Positions 1 to 23,920 of a DNA stretch of 64,000 nucleotides are shown one piece after another. Each line of letters starts with the position of its first letter. Position 1 is the first letter of the stretch. The translations under genes and the position numbers were made by a program. Below the pieces are notes generated by a model. It was given only the letters and a program-made list of their open reading frames with translations, ran no database searches and was not told the origin of the DNA. Source of the DNA: the human T2T-CHM13v2.0 reference genome, Homo sapiens; NCBI RefSeq assembly GCF_009914755.1, contig NC_060925.1; one strand, written 5' to 3'.

Positions 1-762
1 ATTAGCTCTAAAATACCTGGCCCAATGCTTGATTTGAAGTTGACATCATCTGATGGGGCACAGGTGGCAGGAGTGGCTGTCGTAGTCCTTGGTCTCATAT
101 CCCCAGTTGCTCTGGAATCCCCTCCGACTCCCTAGGTTACTTAGCCTGGACAAAAATGCCCCTTATACACCTCCTGCCAAGCCCCTTTTACCAGTCCCAG
201 AGCTCCAGGAACTGGCAGGACTGTGGCCCTTCCTGTTTCACTCCCCAGAGTCATGAAAGACTCGCTGCTTCTGGGCTCCCCTGAACATGGCTGACCTCAG
301 AGTCTTGTTAGGACCCGGGCTCGGCTCCATAGCAAGGACGGTGCTGACCTGCTGAGCTGAAGTAGCACCTCCTTCCCTATCTGTTAGTCCATGCCAAAAC
401 ATGACCTGGTTGGGACTCCCAGGTGTTCCCCAAATGATCGTGGCAGTCCTGTGACAAAAGTGAAGCCCACTCCCCAACACACACGTGTATGGCCCCCCGA
501 CCCCTCACTGCAAACCCCCACAGAAATGCTGCCCATCCTACCTGTGCAGGGCTGACCCAGGCTCTCCCTACAGAGTCCTATAGGCCAAACACCAGAAGGG
601 GAAGGAAAAATAGAGAAATAGAGCCCTGGAGAAACACAAGGCAGCCAGAGCCCTGGGTCTTATTTTAGCTAACCACTGGCTCACTTGTGGGTGTTAACAC
701 ACAATCACAGATTTCAATGGCAAGCAAAAAAACCCCATAATTTCTTTATGTAGCTTAATTTC

Positions 763-1102
763 TCTCTTTTTTTGTGGTTTGCAAACTTAGATTTTCTTTT
801 TTTATTTTGTTTTAGGTTCCAGGATTACATGTGCAGAACGTGCAGGTTTGTGACACAGGTAAACGTGTGCCATGATGGTTTCCTGCACCCGTCAACCCAC
901 CACCTAGGTATTAAGCCCCACATGCATTAGCTATTAGTTCTAATGCTCTCCCTCCCCCCACCCCCCCCAACAGGCCCGGATGTGTAATGTTCCCCTCCCT
1001 GTGTCCGTGTGTTCTCATTGTTCAGCTCCCATTTATGAGTGAGAACATGTGGTGTTTGGTTTTCTGTTCCTGTGTTAGTTTGATGAGGATGATGGCTTCC
1101 AG
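763..1102 (-). mobile_element. 5'-truncated L1PA 3' end with 15-bp target-site duplication
   Basis: Typical antisense L1PA 3'UTR (catgtgcagaacgtgcaggtttg...gagaacatgtggtgtttggttttctg). TSD ATGTAGCTTAATTTC at 748-762 and 1103-1117. Confidence 0.9.
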
Positions 1103-2392
1103 ATGTAGCTTAATTTCAAACCCTAAACCCATAATCTGACTGATAAAAGAAAACAAGTTACCTAGTCACTTCTAGGCAAGCTCAGCCCAATTCAGTGATC
1201 TCTCAGTCACTTCACTCCAGATTTAAAATTTAGCCTCATTATGGAGTTCCCTTCCTTTTTGTCTCCCTTCTCTCCCCTGGGGTCCAGTCTGGAGAGAGCG
1301 GTCTTGGGTGAGGGGGTGGTCAATGTTACTGCTGAGGCAGTGAAAAGGGGTGGCCCATTATTATTTTGGTCTTGCTTTGTCACGATGCTGTGCTGGCCTT
1401 GGGCTCCAGAAGGAAATAGTTTTGTCTACTGAGATGTGACTTCCCCTGCTTGGTCAGTGGGCTTTGTCCCTGCTCATCCTGAGGGTTCTGTGGTCCACAC
1501 TGTGCCCTCCTAGTCCATACACTGAGCTCCCTGGGGTGGGTCTTCCAGGCCCTCAGCCTCTCCTTGCCCACCTTGTGGGTGCAGGGTGAGTTTGGCTGAT
1601 CACAGACTCCTGAGGCCTTTGGGAGATCCTGTGCAGCAGAGTCACATTTTCCCCCAACACTCTTGTAACCTCCTGTGTGCCAGTGTTCCCATATAATTGG
1701 GGGTACAATGGATATCAGCAAGACTGTGGACCACCAAAGTTCTCTACAGGATGGGCGAAGGTGAGGGCCCCTCAATCTGGAGTTTTCAAGCCCACCTGGA
1801 TATCTCTATCATTGTTAATCCCCTCTCCCCTACTGTAGCCTGGACTCTGCCCCATGGTGGTGGGTGGGAGGGCACCAAGACACATCAGTAACTAAGCTCT
1901 CCTTTTTACTCTTCAGCAGTCTTTCTCCTCCCCAGTTCTGGGGTTAATGTCTAGCAGGAGGATGCGAGGGGAGACAAGATATGCAGGTGCAGAGATGAGA
2001 CAAGCCTGGTTCTGTCAGATTATAGCTCCTTTCAAAGGATTCCCGATTTATACCTCTCTCCATTTGAACTCAATAGTCAAAATATTTGTAGGGTTTGTTT
2101 CTTCCTTCCCAAAGCAAGAAATAAGTTGTGTCCAGTTGTCCAGGCTGGAGTAGAAGTCAAGGCAGGTTCACAGAACACTAGTGCAGAAATTTGACGAGCA
2201 AAGGCTTGCAGGGAGGAAGGGGAGAACACTCATTAAATCATTTCTTCTCATGCTGCCTTGGTGGGCGTGGAGGACAGGTTGCAGATTTCCTTCCCTGCTT
2301 TGCTATTTCATGATGGTGGGTAATTTACTAGATCATGTCCTGCTGCATGTTTTCAATAGTCTCCAAAACTGTCTTAGCTGACCCATGTCAGA

Positions 2393-2422
2393 CACACACA
2401 CATACACATACACACACACACA
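2393..2422. repeat. Interrupted (CA)n microsatellite
   Basis: cacacacacatacacatacacacacacaca. Confidence 0.9.
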
Positions 2423-2975
2423 CCCCACATACCTGGAGCCCACTGATCCTACTGATCCAGTTTACAGAAAGGGGAAAATGAGAAGTAGAGCCCTGGGAAG
2501 AGGCAGGGAGTCAAAAATCCTACGTCCTATTCTGGGCTCAGCCACACGCCGGTGGTGTGATTGGACTCACTTGCTTCCCCTCTCGCACTGTGGTTTCCCC
2601 ATCTGGAACCCAGTGGCCCTAAAATAGTACTATTTCTCAGCCCTGGGGGAGGAGGGACAGGCCAAGAGAGTCCATTGCCCAAATCAATAATAATGATGAT
2701 AACAGCAGTGATTATACTTTCCAAACTTACAACACTTCATCTGCTCAACCCTCCCTGCTTCTTTTAAAGTAATCATACAAGAAAATATACCAGCAGAAGA
2801 ACAGCTTCTCACTGGACTTTCCTGACTCTGGGACTCAGCATAAGTCACTGTGGAACACCTTTGTTTTGTTCCTGATTCTGCCTCTAATTGCCGAGTGACC
2901 TTTGCCAGATCACTTCATCCTGTAGGTCTGCAGGATTGTTTGTTCCATCAGAGGACAGTGCCAAATTGTTCCCAA

Positions 2976-2990
2976 GGCTCTTTCAGTTCT
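2976..2990 (+). promoter_or_regulatory. PIGR: Androgen-selective response element of the secretory component/PIGR upstream enhancer (sc-ARE1.2)
   Basis: Exact match to the recalled selective ARE GGCTCTttcAGTTCT. Flanked by TGTTCC half-sites (2941-2946, 2968-2973 region) and an NF1 half-site TGCCAA (2959-2964). Confidence 0.85.
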
Positions 2991-3015
2991 AGGATTCTGT
3001 GTTTTGGTTGAGCAC

Positions 3016-3440
3016 CGTATTAGTTTCTGACAGCTGCTATAACAAATTAACACAACTTTAGTGGCTTAAGAAAACAGAAATGTATGCTCTTTCTGTTCTG
3101 GAGACCAGAAGCCTGAAATCAAGGTGCCAGCAGGGCCACCCTCCAGGCTCTAGACGATAATCCGTTGCTTGCCTCTTCTAGCTTCTGGTTGCTGCTGACA
3201 TTCTTTGGTGTTCTTTGGCACGTAGCTGTGTCACTCCAACCTCTGCCTTCATAGTCACATTGGCTTCTGTGTATGTCTCAAATAACTCTCTGTTTCTCTG
3301 TTATATGGATGGTATTTAGGGCCCACCCAGCTAATCCAAGATGATGTCCTCATCTCAAGATCCTGAACTTCATCACATCTACAAAGACTCTTTTCCAAAT
3401 AAGGTCACACTTCTGGGCTCCAGAGATTGAGACATAGACA
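3016..3440 (-). mobile_element. MLT1-family (MaLR) solo LTR
   Basis: gtattagtttc...gctataacaaa...gtggcttaa...ttccaaataaggtcacac hallmarks. Confidence 0.85.
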
Positions 3441-3794
3441 AACCTTGGGGAAGAGGGATGGTGGTTATTTCTCGGCCTACCAACCATGACAAGCTCAAGG
3501 TCCAGGGAGATTTGAGACATGCAGGAGAGTGCACCCCTGTTCCACAAGGGCAAGTAGTCCAATTGAGAAGTCATCACTCACATGCAATACTGTCAAGGAA
3601 CAACACAAGCCAGGAGGTAGCAAGCATAGAGAGCCTGTGTAGCCTTGGGAAAAGAGCAGGGGCTCTGGACCTCGACGCCCTGGGTTCACATCCAAGCCTT
3701 ACCACCTGCCAGCCAGGGAACCTTGAACAAATTATTTAATGTCTCTGGGGAAAATTATACTTACTGTATAGGTATGTTATAAAGATTAAGTATA

Positions 3795-4128
<334 letters not shown>

Positions 4129-5902
4129 CTAATAGGCGCTTATGATTCAGCAGCAAATAAACGGGACAGCAAAAGGCAAGTGTGTGTGTGTACATGCATA
4201 CGTGTCTGGCACTGTCTGCTAAGACAGTTTTGGAGACTACTAGGAGCATGTACCAGAACATGATGGCGTAACTAGAGTGATTCTCCACTGAATGATGAAG
4301 GACCAAGAACAGAAAAGTGAAATGACTTGCTCCAGTTTGCACAGGAGGTCATCACACAGATGGGTCTAGAACCAAGGTTTTCTAGAAAGCATTTTCCTCC
4401 ACTTCCCAAAACTTTTGCTGTCAGGATGAATTTTTTGGATGATATTTCTACAGACAGCAAGGGACGTCCGTTTACACCCTTGGTTTAGCCAGAGAATATT
4501 GCAGATGACCAAGCCCACAGGCTCACACAAATCCAACCCTTCAGGCTGTCTTTAGCTTGATGCTCCACAACCATGGGTTGACACAATCACCAACAGAGAA
4601 AGGGAAGCTAGATAGCCCTTCTTCACTCTCCACTGCTCAGCGGGCATCCCTCCACATGGATGGTTCCTTTGAGTGTGGCTTTTGCCATAAAAATGAGATA
4701 AGAGGGACAGAGGAAATGCTCTTTACTGCCAACTCTCTGCTCCTATGTACAGATCTTCACCTGAGTCAATGTTTAACCCCTGACTGGAGTCAATGTTTAA
4801 TCCCAGGCCAGCCAGCCCTGCAATCCAGCATTCCTCATCTAGCCTAAAATACAGAGTCATTTTAGAATCAACCACTGAAGAATAAAATTGTGACTGAATT
4901 TGCCAAAGCTAAATAAACTCTCCCCCCCTTTTTAGAGGATACTGGCTGTTTGGAATTATTCATGCTACCTGTTCCCATTAGCAGATAGTGGTATGGCGTT
5001 TGCTGACCCTAGCTGTCACTCAGTGGTAGGAGCACAGCGTTTATTCTTCCTGTTTCAGTTCTTCCTTTTGGGCTGGGGGAGAAGAGCATTGGGTGGGGAC
5101 CACTGCCCTTGTTACCCAGCTGGCAATGCTGCTGGCTGGCAACATGCTTCCTTGTGAAGCCACTACTTGGAATCCCACTAGGGGAGCTGGAACTTGAATG
5201 TTCCGGTTGGCTGCATTTAGGCATGTTTTCTGGGAGTTTCTGAGCCCAGATTTATGTTCAAAGGCCTAAACCTTTTCCCAGGTGAGTCTCCCTATTAAGG
5301 GGCAGGTGGGAGAGGGAAGAGTTCATTAGAAAGACCCTGACTATTGGTGATTCTCTAGGGGCTTCCTAGAGTCCTTCCTAAAGAGCTCAGGGCATATGGC
5401 ATGTACAAATGGGCAGCATTGTGTCAACTCTAAGAACAACATTAATCAGGGAAGTCAAAGGATGGCAAGCTGGGTGGTAGCGTGCAGGGACGTGAAGAGG
5501 GAAGGAAGGCCGCTGTCAGATTAGCAGCTCTAGTCTTCAGTTGGTGTTGGAGAGGTGACTCACTGGCCAAACGTGTGCATGCAATGCTCAAATCTTTTCA
5601 CTTTCCTCTATGAACACACTGAGGCCCTGCCTTCTCCTTGACCACCTGCCTCCCTGTGTCACTGCCCTGATGTCCCATTCTTCACTGTTTTCCTAGCTCA
5701 GCTGCCTCTCAGTCAGAAAGTGAAAACAACATTTCTTCTGGGGCTCCCAGAGTGGGGAGGTTGTTGCTACCCTTTCTCATTTTGGCTGGTGAAAGAGTGA
5801 AGGTAGAAACTGTGGTAAGAGCCCCCTGAGATTGCCTGTGTCCAGCCCTGAGGAGCCTGCCGTGGGGAGCGGGGAGTGAAGTGGAACATAAAAGGCCCTG
5901 GA

Positions 5903-6228
5903 GGCTGGGTGTGGTGGCCCACACCTGTAATCCCAGCACTTCAGGAGGCCAAGTGAGGCGATCACTTGAGGCCAGGAGTTCGAGACCAGCCTGGCCAACA
6001 TTGTGAAAAATACTCTACTAAAAATACAAAAGTTAACCGCGCATGCTGGCGTGCTCCTGTAATCCCAGCTACTCAGGTGGCTGAGGTAGGAGGACTGCTT
6101 GAACCCTGGAGGTGGAGGTTACAGTGAGCCAAGATTGTGCCACTGCACTCCAGCCTGGACGAGGGAGCGAGAGTCTGTCTCAAAAATAAATAAATAAAAA
6201 AAATATTTAAAAAAAAAAAAAGAAAGAA
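5903..6228 (+). mobile_element. Alu (AluS-like)
   Basis: Full dimer with A-tail; TSD aaaaggccctgga. Confidence 0.95.
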
Positions 6229-7130
6229 AAAGGCCCTGGAAATGGAAAGTCAGCCATGGTCCAAAAGCTCTCTCAATTCTTCTTTGGGTCTAGTCTCTAC
6301 ACTCCAAAGAGCTTTGATTCTCTGTTTCTGAGAGGCAGGGACATATGAGCAAACCTTTTTTGAGGTTACCCAACCATTGTCCTATGTGCTGTTACCTCCA
6401 CACCCTGGCTAGGGAGAAGCGGAAGGAGGAAGATTTTTGGAGTAGACATCCAAAGTCAATAGGTGGAGTGTCAGGTGACTGGGCCCAGCCCCTCTCATAA
6501 GCCACTGGGGTCCTGCTGAAGACTTGCTGTTTCCTTGTTCCTGGTCTGAGCCTGGCTCTCGGCCCAAGGCTTGCCTGACAGGCAGCGATTGGAAAAATAG
6601 CCCCTGTAATCCCCTGCAGCCTGTGTTCATCTGAGCCTCAATGTTCCCATCTCTAGAATGGGAGTATGTTTCTTTTTGGTGATGTATATTGTAATTAATT
6701 TGTAGTTGTCTGTACTCCACTGGCAGAGGTAGGGAAGGAAAGTGCTGGCCCCATAAAATGTTTAGATTAGTTGCATTTGCTAATCAGTCTGATCTTCCCA
6801 TGCCAGGCCCTAAAGAAGCCACAGTCTGAATTCTTTTTCTTGAACTCTTGTCTGAAATGAAACACAGTATCTTCAGACAAATTAGAGCATTCTGAAAACA
6901 CCTTTGGACACAGTAGTCCTAGCTTTCTTCCTCTTCTCTAAAGTACTCAAGGTTAGGAAGCCAGAAGTTTGCCACTCAGGGAAAGAAGTAGCCTTTGTTT
7001 GACCCTCTATGCTCACAGCAGAACTGGTAGATCTGGATAGAGGTAGCAAGTAAGTGAGCAGTGGGAACAAGGCCAGAGGTGGCAGAGGCAGAACATAGAA
7101 GAGTTCAGATCCTACTCAGTAAATGTGTGT

Positions 7131-7267
7131 CTTTTTGTTGTTGTTGTTTGTAGAGATGAGGTCTCACTATGTTGCCCAGGCTGGTCTCAAGCGCCTGGCA
7201 TCAAGTGATCCTCCTGCCTCACGCTCCCACAGTGCTGGGTTTACAGGCATGAGCCACGGTGCCTGGC
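7131..7267 (-). mobile_element. Alu monomer (FLAM-like)
   Basis: Single antisense left-arm monomer. Confidence 0.85.
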
Positions 7268-8041
7268 TTCAATCAATGTCTTTGATGCAATGCATCCAGG
7301 AGGCAAACAGTGGTCTGCAGGCCAGGGGCATTGGCACTGGTGATCACCACATGCCTGTAGAGGTGCAGCATGGGGTTCTCTCCTAAGGCTGCCGCTTCTC
7401 TGCTGCCCACATGGGTTTCAGCTGGCCCCTTAGAGAGTAGGCAGTAGGATGACAGCTCATCATACTGCTGACAGTGAAGGGAGCAGGCTGGCCCGGGAAG
7501 GCCAGCACCTGTAAACCAAGCTGTGTCACTGTATGAAAAATGAAGAGCTTGGTGGTGCTGGACCCTGAATGCAGGGTTTGTTTCTTTCTGAGTAGAATCT
7601 CCATTCTCCATTCCACATTAGTCATGCTTTCAGCTCTGGGATATCTGTACCAGGTGAGCACAATCAAATAACCTGTGTCTACTTGGCTGCAGTGCGTTAT
7701 GGGTCTCTCTGTGGAGGTATCTTCCCCTAGGGCCTGACTGAGGCTGTTATTAAACTGATTTTTTATGTCTCAGACCACAGTGGGCTATTGGAGGAGAGGA
7801 AGAAACCTCCAACGTATTAGCAGAGAGCTCTCAAAAGTTGGCTTAGAGTCATGCATTTGCCCCGAGTAAGCTGAGACAGATGGACATCCCCACAAATAAA
7901 GATCTGAGCTCCTTTTATACATATGTCAGCAAGGACCTCAGGGCTGGTGCCTGAATTTTTAGCTCTAGTTCCGGCTCTCTGAACTTTTTTTTTTAATGCC
8001 TCATTAGGCCAGGGTTGTAATAAACTAGTTAGGTGACTAAA

Positions 8042-8270
8042 GAGAACCAATTCCTGGAAATGATTATGAAACCTTCCATGCACGAGCCTAAGAAAAAGAG
8101 AGAGAGAAAGACAGAGAGAGGGAGAGAGAGAGAGAGAGAGAGAGAAAGAAAGAAAGAAGCAAACCTTTAGAGCTTTACACAGGAAGGGACCTGACCAGAT
8201 ACTCAGACTATACATCCAAGCAAGGGGGAAGGCAGGGGACACAAAGATCGAGAATGCAGCTGTGGAGGTG
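8042..8270 (+). repeat. Local duplication A, copy 1 (contains an expanded (GA)n tract)
   Basis: Aligns to 9788-9956: gagaaccaattcctgg..atgaaaccttccatgcac..gcctaag..cctttagagctttacacagga..ggacctgaccagatac..atccaagcaagggg..gctgtggaggtg. Confidence 0.9.
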
Positions 8271-9242
8271 AGGTGCTTTGCATGAAGTCCCAGTGTGCCC
8301 TTTCCTGAGTAGTGTAACTTAACTTCTCTGGTCCTCAGATTTCCCATCTATGAAATGGGAATGATCACACCTACCTTACAGAAATGTTACCGTAACTGTG
8401 ATACACAATGTGAAAACACCTAGGATAGTGCCTGCTGTGCAGAAACACGTTAACAAGCAGTAGCAGCGTTAGTAAGTAACAGTGTAAAGTGAACTGCAGA
8501 AATGCACCCGAACCTGAGAATCTGCTTGATCTTGTGAAAATCAATGGTCTCCCTGCATCCTCGATTAGATTCTAATCCTAAGTTAGAAATCCCCAGGGAG
8601 GCTTCCCTGATTCTGGCCTAGGGATAGATGTTTGCCTGCCCCTCATCTCAGTGGTATAGGCATCATGCTAGCCGGAGGTATAAGATGAAAAACAACAGCA
8701 CTGACAATACCAAGTGGTGGAGGTGGCCTCCTCTGCCAGTTTGGCCTCTGGCCCTTTAAATCAACCCTCCTGACTACTCCATGGATCAGTTAGCCCATAA
8801 AGGAGAGCTGTGAACACTTGGGGCTTCCCCGCTTCTCTCCCTGAAAGTTCTTACTCAGATCTTATCTCTGCCCCCTCCAAACTCTTGGCCCTGGGACTCT
8901 AATCTGGCCCTGCCCTGGCCTTTTGAACTCTTACCAGCTCCACCTCTGGTGGAGCTTAACTTTCCCTATAACGGCCTCCCTGCTAGAAACGCTCCTGGCT
9001 CTAGCCACGTGGCCAACACTCTTGCTGGGCTGGTTGTCTCCTCCCTCCCCTTCTTCCCCCAAGATGGGGTAGTCAGACAGAACATTCTAGCTGCTGAATT
9101 CCACAATGAAAGTATTAGAGCCGTTTGGAGGAAGGAGAGGTCCTGGAGAAAGGTGGTCAGGGAAGCCCTTGAGGAAGAATAGGATCTGATCTCCAGATCC
9201 GAGTGGGAACAAAAGAGTCCTGTACAATTTCATGGCTTAGTC

Positions 9243-9465
9243 CAGGGACTGGCAGATTCTGGCTCAAGGGCCAAATCCAGCCTCCCTCCTGTTTTGGGAA
9301 ATAAAGTTTTGTTGGAACACAGCTGCGGTCATTTGTTTCTCGATTGCCTGGCTGCTTTTGTGCTGCAACGGCAGAACTGAGTAGTTGCCATAGAGACTGT
9401 ATGGCCTGCAAAGCCTAAAATGTTTACCATGTGGCCCTTTACTGAAGAGTTGGCCAACCCCGGGT
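9243..9465. mobile_element. MER58A-like hAT-Charlie MITE
   Basis: caggg..ggca...gggccaaatccagcc...aataaagttttgttggaacacagc...gccaacccc. Confidence 0.8.
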
Positions 9466-9787
9466 TTAGTGCATCAGGCTTCCCCAAACAGTGATGTGAG
9501 GAACTCCAGCCCCTTGGGACTGCTTCAATCAAACACAATAATCCAACACATCTGGGAAACACACATTATGTCCCCATCCCGAGGTGTGAAAACCCAGGGT
9601 GTTTCACAATACACCTCCATATAGCAAAGGCTCCAAAAGATCCTGCATAGAAGAATGTTTGTGGTTTCCCAGCATTTCCAAAACTTCATTAATCTACCAA
9701 ACCTCCTTTTCCTCAGAACACCTTTTCACATCCTGAGAATCTAGCATTAGAAACAGTCTGGGTGCTGGGCCCATCCCTGCCACAAAT

Positions 9788-9956
9788 GAGAACCAATTCC
9801 TGGGAATGATCATGAAACCTTCCATGCACAAGCCTAAGAGAGAGAGAGAGAAAGAAGTGAGCCTTTAGAGCTTTACACAGGAAAGGACCTGACCAGATAC
9901 CTAGATCATAAATCCAAGCAAGGGGCACGGCGATCCAGAACATAGCTGTGGAGGTG
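9788..9956 (+). repeat. Local duplication A, copy 2
   Basis: Direct repeat of 8042-8270. Confidence 0.9.
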
Positions 9957-11184
9957 GGCTGCTCCGAGTGGCCTTTGCTGAAGTACACACCTTGCAGAGC
10001 CTGCTCCCTCATTGGTTGAATAGGATCCATGATGTCTGTCCTATCTCCGTTACAGGATTATTTGGGGCAGGTCATTGAGAAAGCGAACAGGAAAATAGTC
10101 TCGAGGGACGACTGTGGTATCCTTGATTTTTGACAGTGAGTTTTGCTTTGGTACAATGCTCAGCAATGGTGAAGTGAAAAAGGCCCTGAACCAAGGTCAC
10201 GAGTTCTCTTTGCTAGTCCTCACAGTGCTATAACTAACTGGGTTAACTGGGTGACTTTAAACAAGCGCCCCCCACCTGTACCCTTAACCCTGTTGGGCCT
10301 CAAGTCCCTCTCTTCTAGAATGAGGATATTAGACTAATCTCTAAAGATCTGTTAGCTCTGAAATTCTGCGATTCCATGTGGTTAGATGTGTGCAATTTTC
10401 CTACTTATCCAAAACAACAGGTTTCTCTTATAAGCCATAAAACCGGCATCTCCTTGATTTTCTTTGTACAGTGTCTGTGTTCAGAACCAGATATAAGGGG
10501 GTATTACTGAAGGATTTCTGTGCTGCTGACAGCTTAGAAGGCAGGACTAAGCCTTCTGGAAATGTCTACCTGGCAATTCTCAACTCGATATTGGTGCCTA
10601 TTTTTCCTTTCTGCCTCCACCGCTCAGGCTGTTCCATCCAACAATGGAGCCCAGACAGTTTGCCAGCGGATCTGGCAAAAGAAAATAGTGGATGTGATTC
10701 CTGGAAAGGCAGTGGGGCCTAGGGTGGAGCGAAAGTTCCCTGACAAGCATGAGGTGATGTAGTTACAGGGCAGAATCCACATAAAATTCCTCTCTTTTGT
10801 CTCCCACCTCACCCCCAAAAACCATTTTCCAGCTTCACCAACAGTCCTCCATATCGAGGATTTATAAGCAGCTGAACAAGAGGGCCTTTATGAAGAAAGC
10901 AAGAATCTACTGAAAATACCCTGCTCCTCCATGAATGTAGGAAAATCCCAGAAAATCTTGGCCGGGTCAAAAGGTCTACGGCACAATAAGCCTGGGTCCA
11001 AATGGGGCGGGATGATGTGAGGAATGGGTGTTTGCCCTTTTGATCTCAGCGGAGAAACCAGCTGCCTGTGGGGTCATCTAGGGGACTCCCAAAAGGAGGG
11101 GCAGAAGCCCAGGGGGACCCAGAGTTCTTGCAGAGGAAGGGTGCCTAGAGGCCACTGAGCCCCCAAGTCAATCAGACACAGGTA

Positions 11185-11190
11185 TTTATT
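11185..11190 (-). terminator. FCAMR: FCAMR polyadenylation signal AATAAA
   Basis: tttatt on the + strand, ~530 nt after the stop codon. Confidence 0.8.
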
Positions 11191-11716
11191 GGGGTCCTAC
11201 TGAGTTGGAAGTTCTCTGGGGGCATCATGAGACAGATAAAATGCAATTACTGCCTTAAAGGAGCTTAGAATCTACTTGAGAAGGCAAGGCTGGTACACTT
11301 AAATATAATACATGTGAATGGGAGGCTGAGTGCTAACAGTAGTCAGAAAAGGAGCCCCCAGCAAGGGCTGGGAGTGTTGATAGGGGATTTGTCACTTTCC
11401 ACACTGATTGGAAGCCTCTTCTATTTTCAAACATTCAGGAATGGAAATTTCATGCTTTTCCTAGGTGACCTCTTCCAGTGTTTCATACACTGTTCTTGAA
11501 GTCTCCTTTGAGTCATCTTGTCACCTTTGGACGTGGATAATGCTTGACTTTCTTGGGCCCAAGGACAGCCAGCCTTTCTTCCATGGGTGGAGCACCGGCT
11601 GCATCAGCTTCTCTTCCCACAGGTGGAGGAAGGATGATGGAAAGAGGCTGGGGTCCTGAAGGCCTTTGATCTTGGTCCTTCTCCCATGGTAACTGAGCAG
11701 TTCATCTCTCTGTCCC

Positions 11717-23326
<11,610 letters not shown>

Positions 23327-23759
23327 CTCAGTCCAGAAACAAGATCCAGGTGGACTTTTCTTCTCCTTATGAGATGCAGGTGTTTGGACGACTTCTAGTT
23401 GCTCTCCTTTAAACCTGGAGACTGAGAAGTCAAGGTGGTATTTTGGAAAGCAGCTGGAGCTAGCAACGGAAGGTCGGGGTGCAAGGCGTAGCTCTGCCAC
23501 TCACCTCAAGTCACTTCTCTTTGGATTTTATTATTTATAAGAGGAAGCCAGTCCTAATCCCTTGTCATTCTTACTGTCACTTATTCCTGAAGAACTTTTC
23601 CAGGAGTGGTAACAGTAGCTTCAAAAAAGAAAACACTGATCCATATCCTTCCTCCTCTTGTGTCCCCTTCAGGGGTCTCAGACTATTTAGGGTGCCCCAG
23701 CTTACCAGCCCATTCAGGCATCTCCCGGACAAGTGATGCAACAACTTGGGCAGGAGGGC

Positions 23760-23920
23760 AGGGAAAATTCAAAATTCAGGAGAGGAATTCCCCTGCCATT
23801 TGGCTGGCAGCTGGTGCCCTCCAGCTGACCTGGCCCCTCCAACTCTCATAGAGAAGAACTTTGGGCAGCTTGGGTCACTGACTTCAGAGTTGCATGATCT
23901 GGTGGTTACTAATTCACGTC
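23760..23920 (-). promoter_or_regulatory. FCAMR: Putative FCAMR promoter: kB site, E-boxes, HNF1-like site
   Basis: GGGGAATTCC on the - strand (23784-23793), CAGCTG x2 (23808, 23822), GTTACTAATTCAC (23905-23917), ~500 bp upstream of the first ATG. TSS not provable from sequence. Confidence 0.5.

Larger units (their letters stand above)
1..3000 (-). promoter_or_regulatory. PIGR: Upstream regulatory region of PIGR (TSS lies just left of the window, not included)
   Basis: Recalled gene order: PIGR lies immediately downstream of FCAMR on the same strand. The secretory-component ARE, recalled at about -3.3 kb, is at 2976, implying a TSS a few hundred bp before position 1. Motifs seen: IRF-ETS composite TTCCTGTTTC at 230-239, E-box CACGTG at 482-487. 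Confidence 0.7.

Noticed and set aside
1-700. PIGR exon 1 or core promoter
   Set aside because: No PIGR exon is recognisable; spacing from the ARE suggests the TSS is just outside the window.
7817-8347. 176-aa ORF and similar 105-aa ORF at 9713-10030 that look like paralogous proteins
   Set aside because: The similarity comes from the non-coding duplication; the ORFs span a MIR-like piece and a (GA)n tract and do not share starts or ends.
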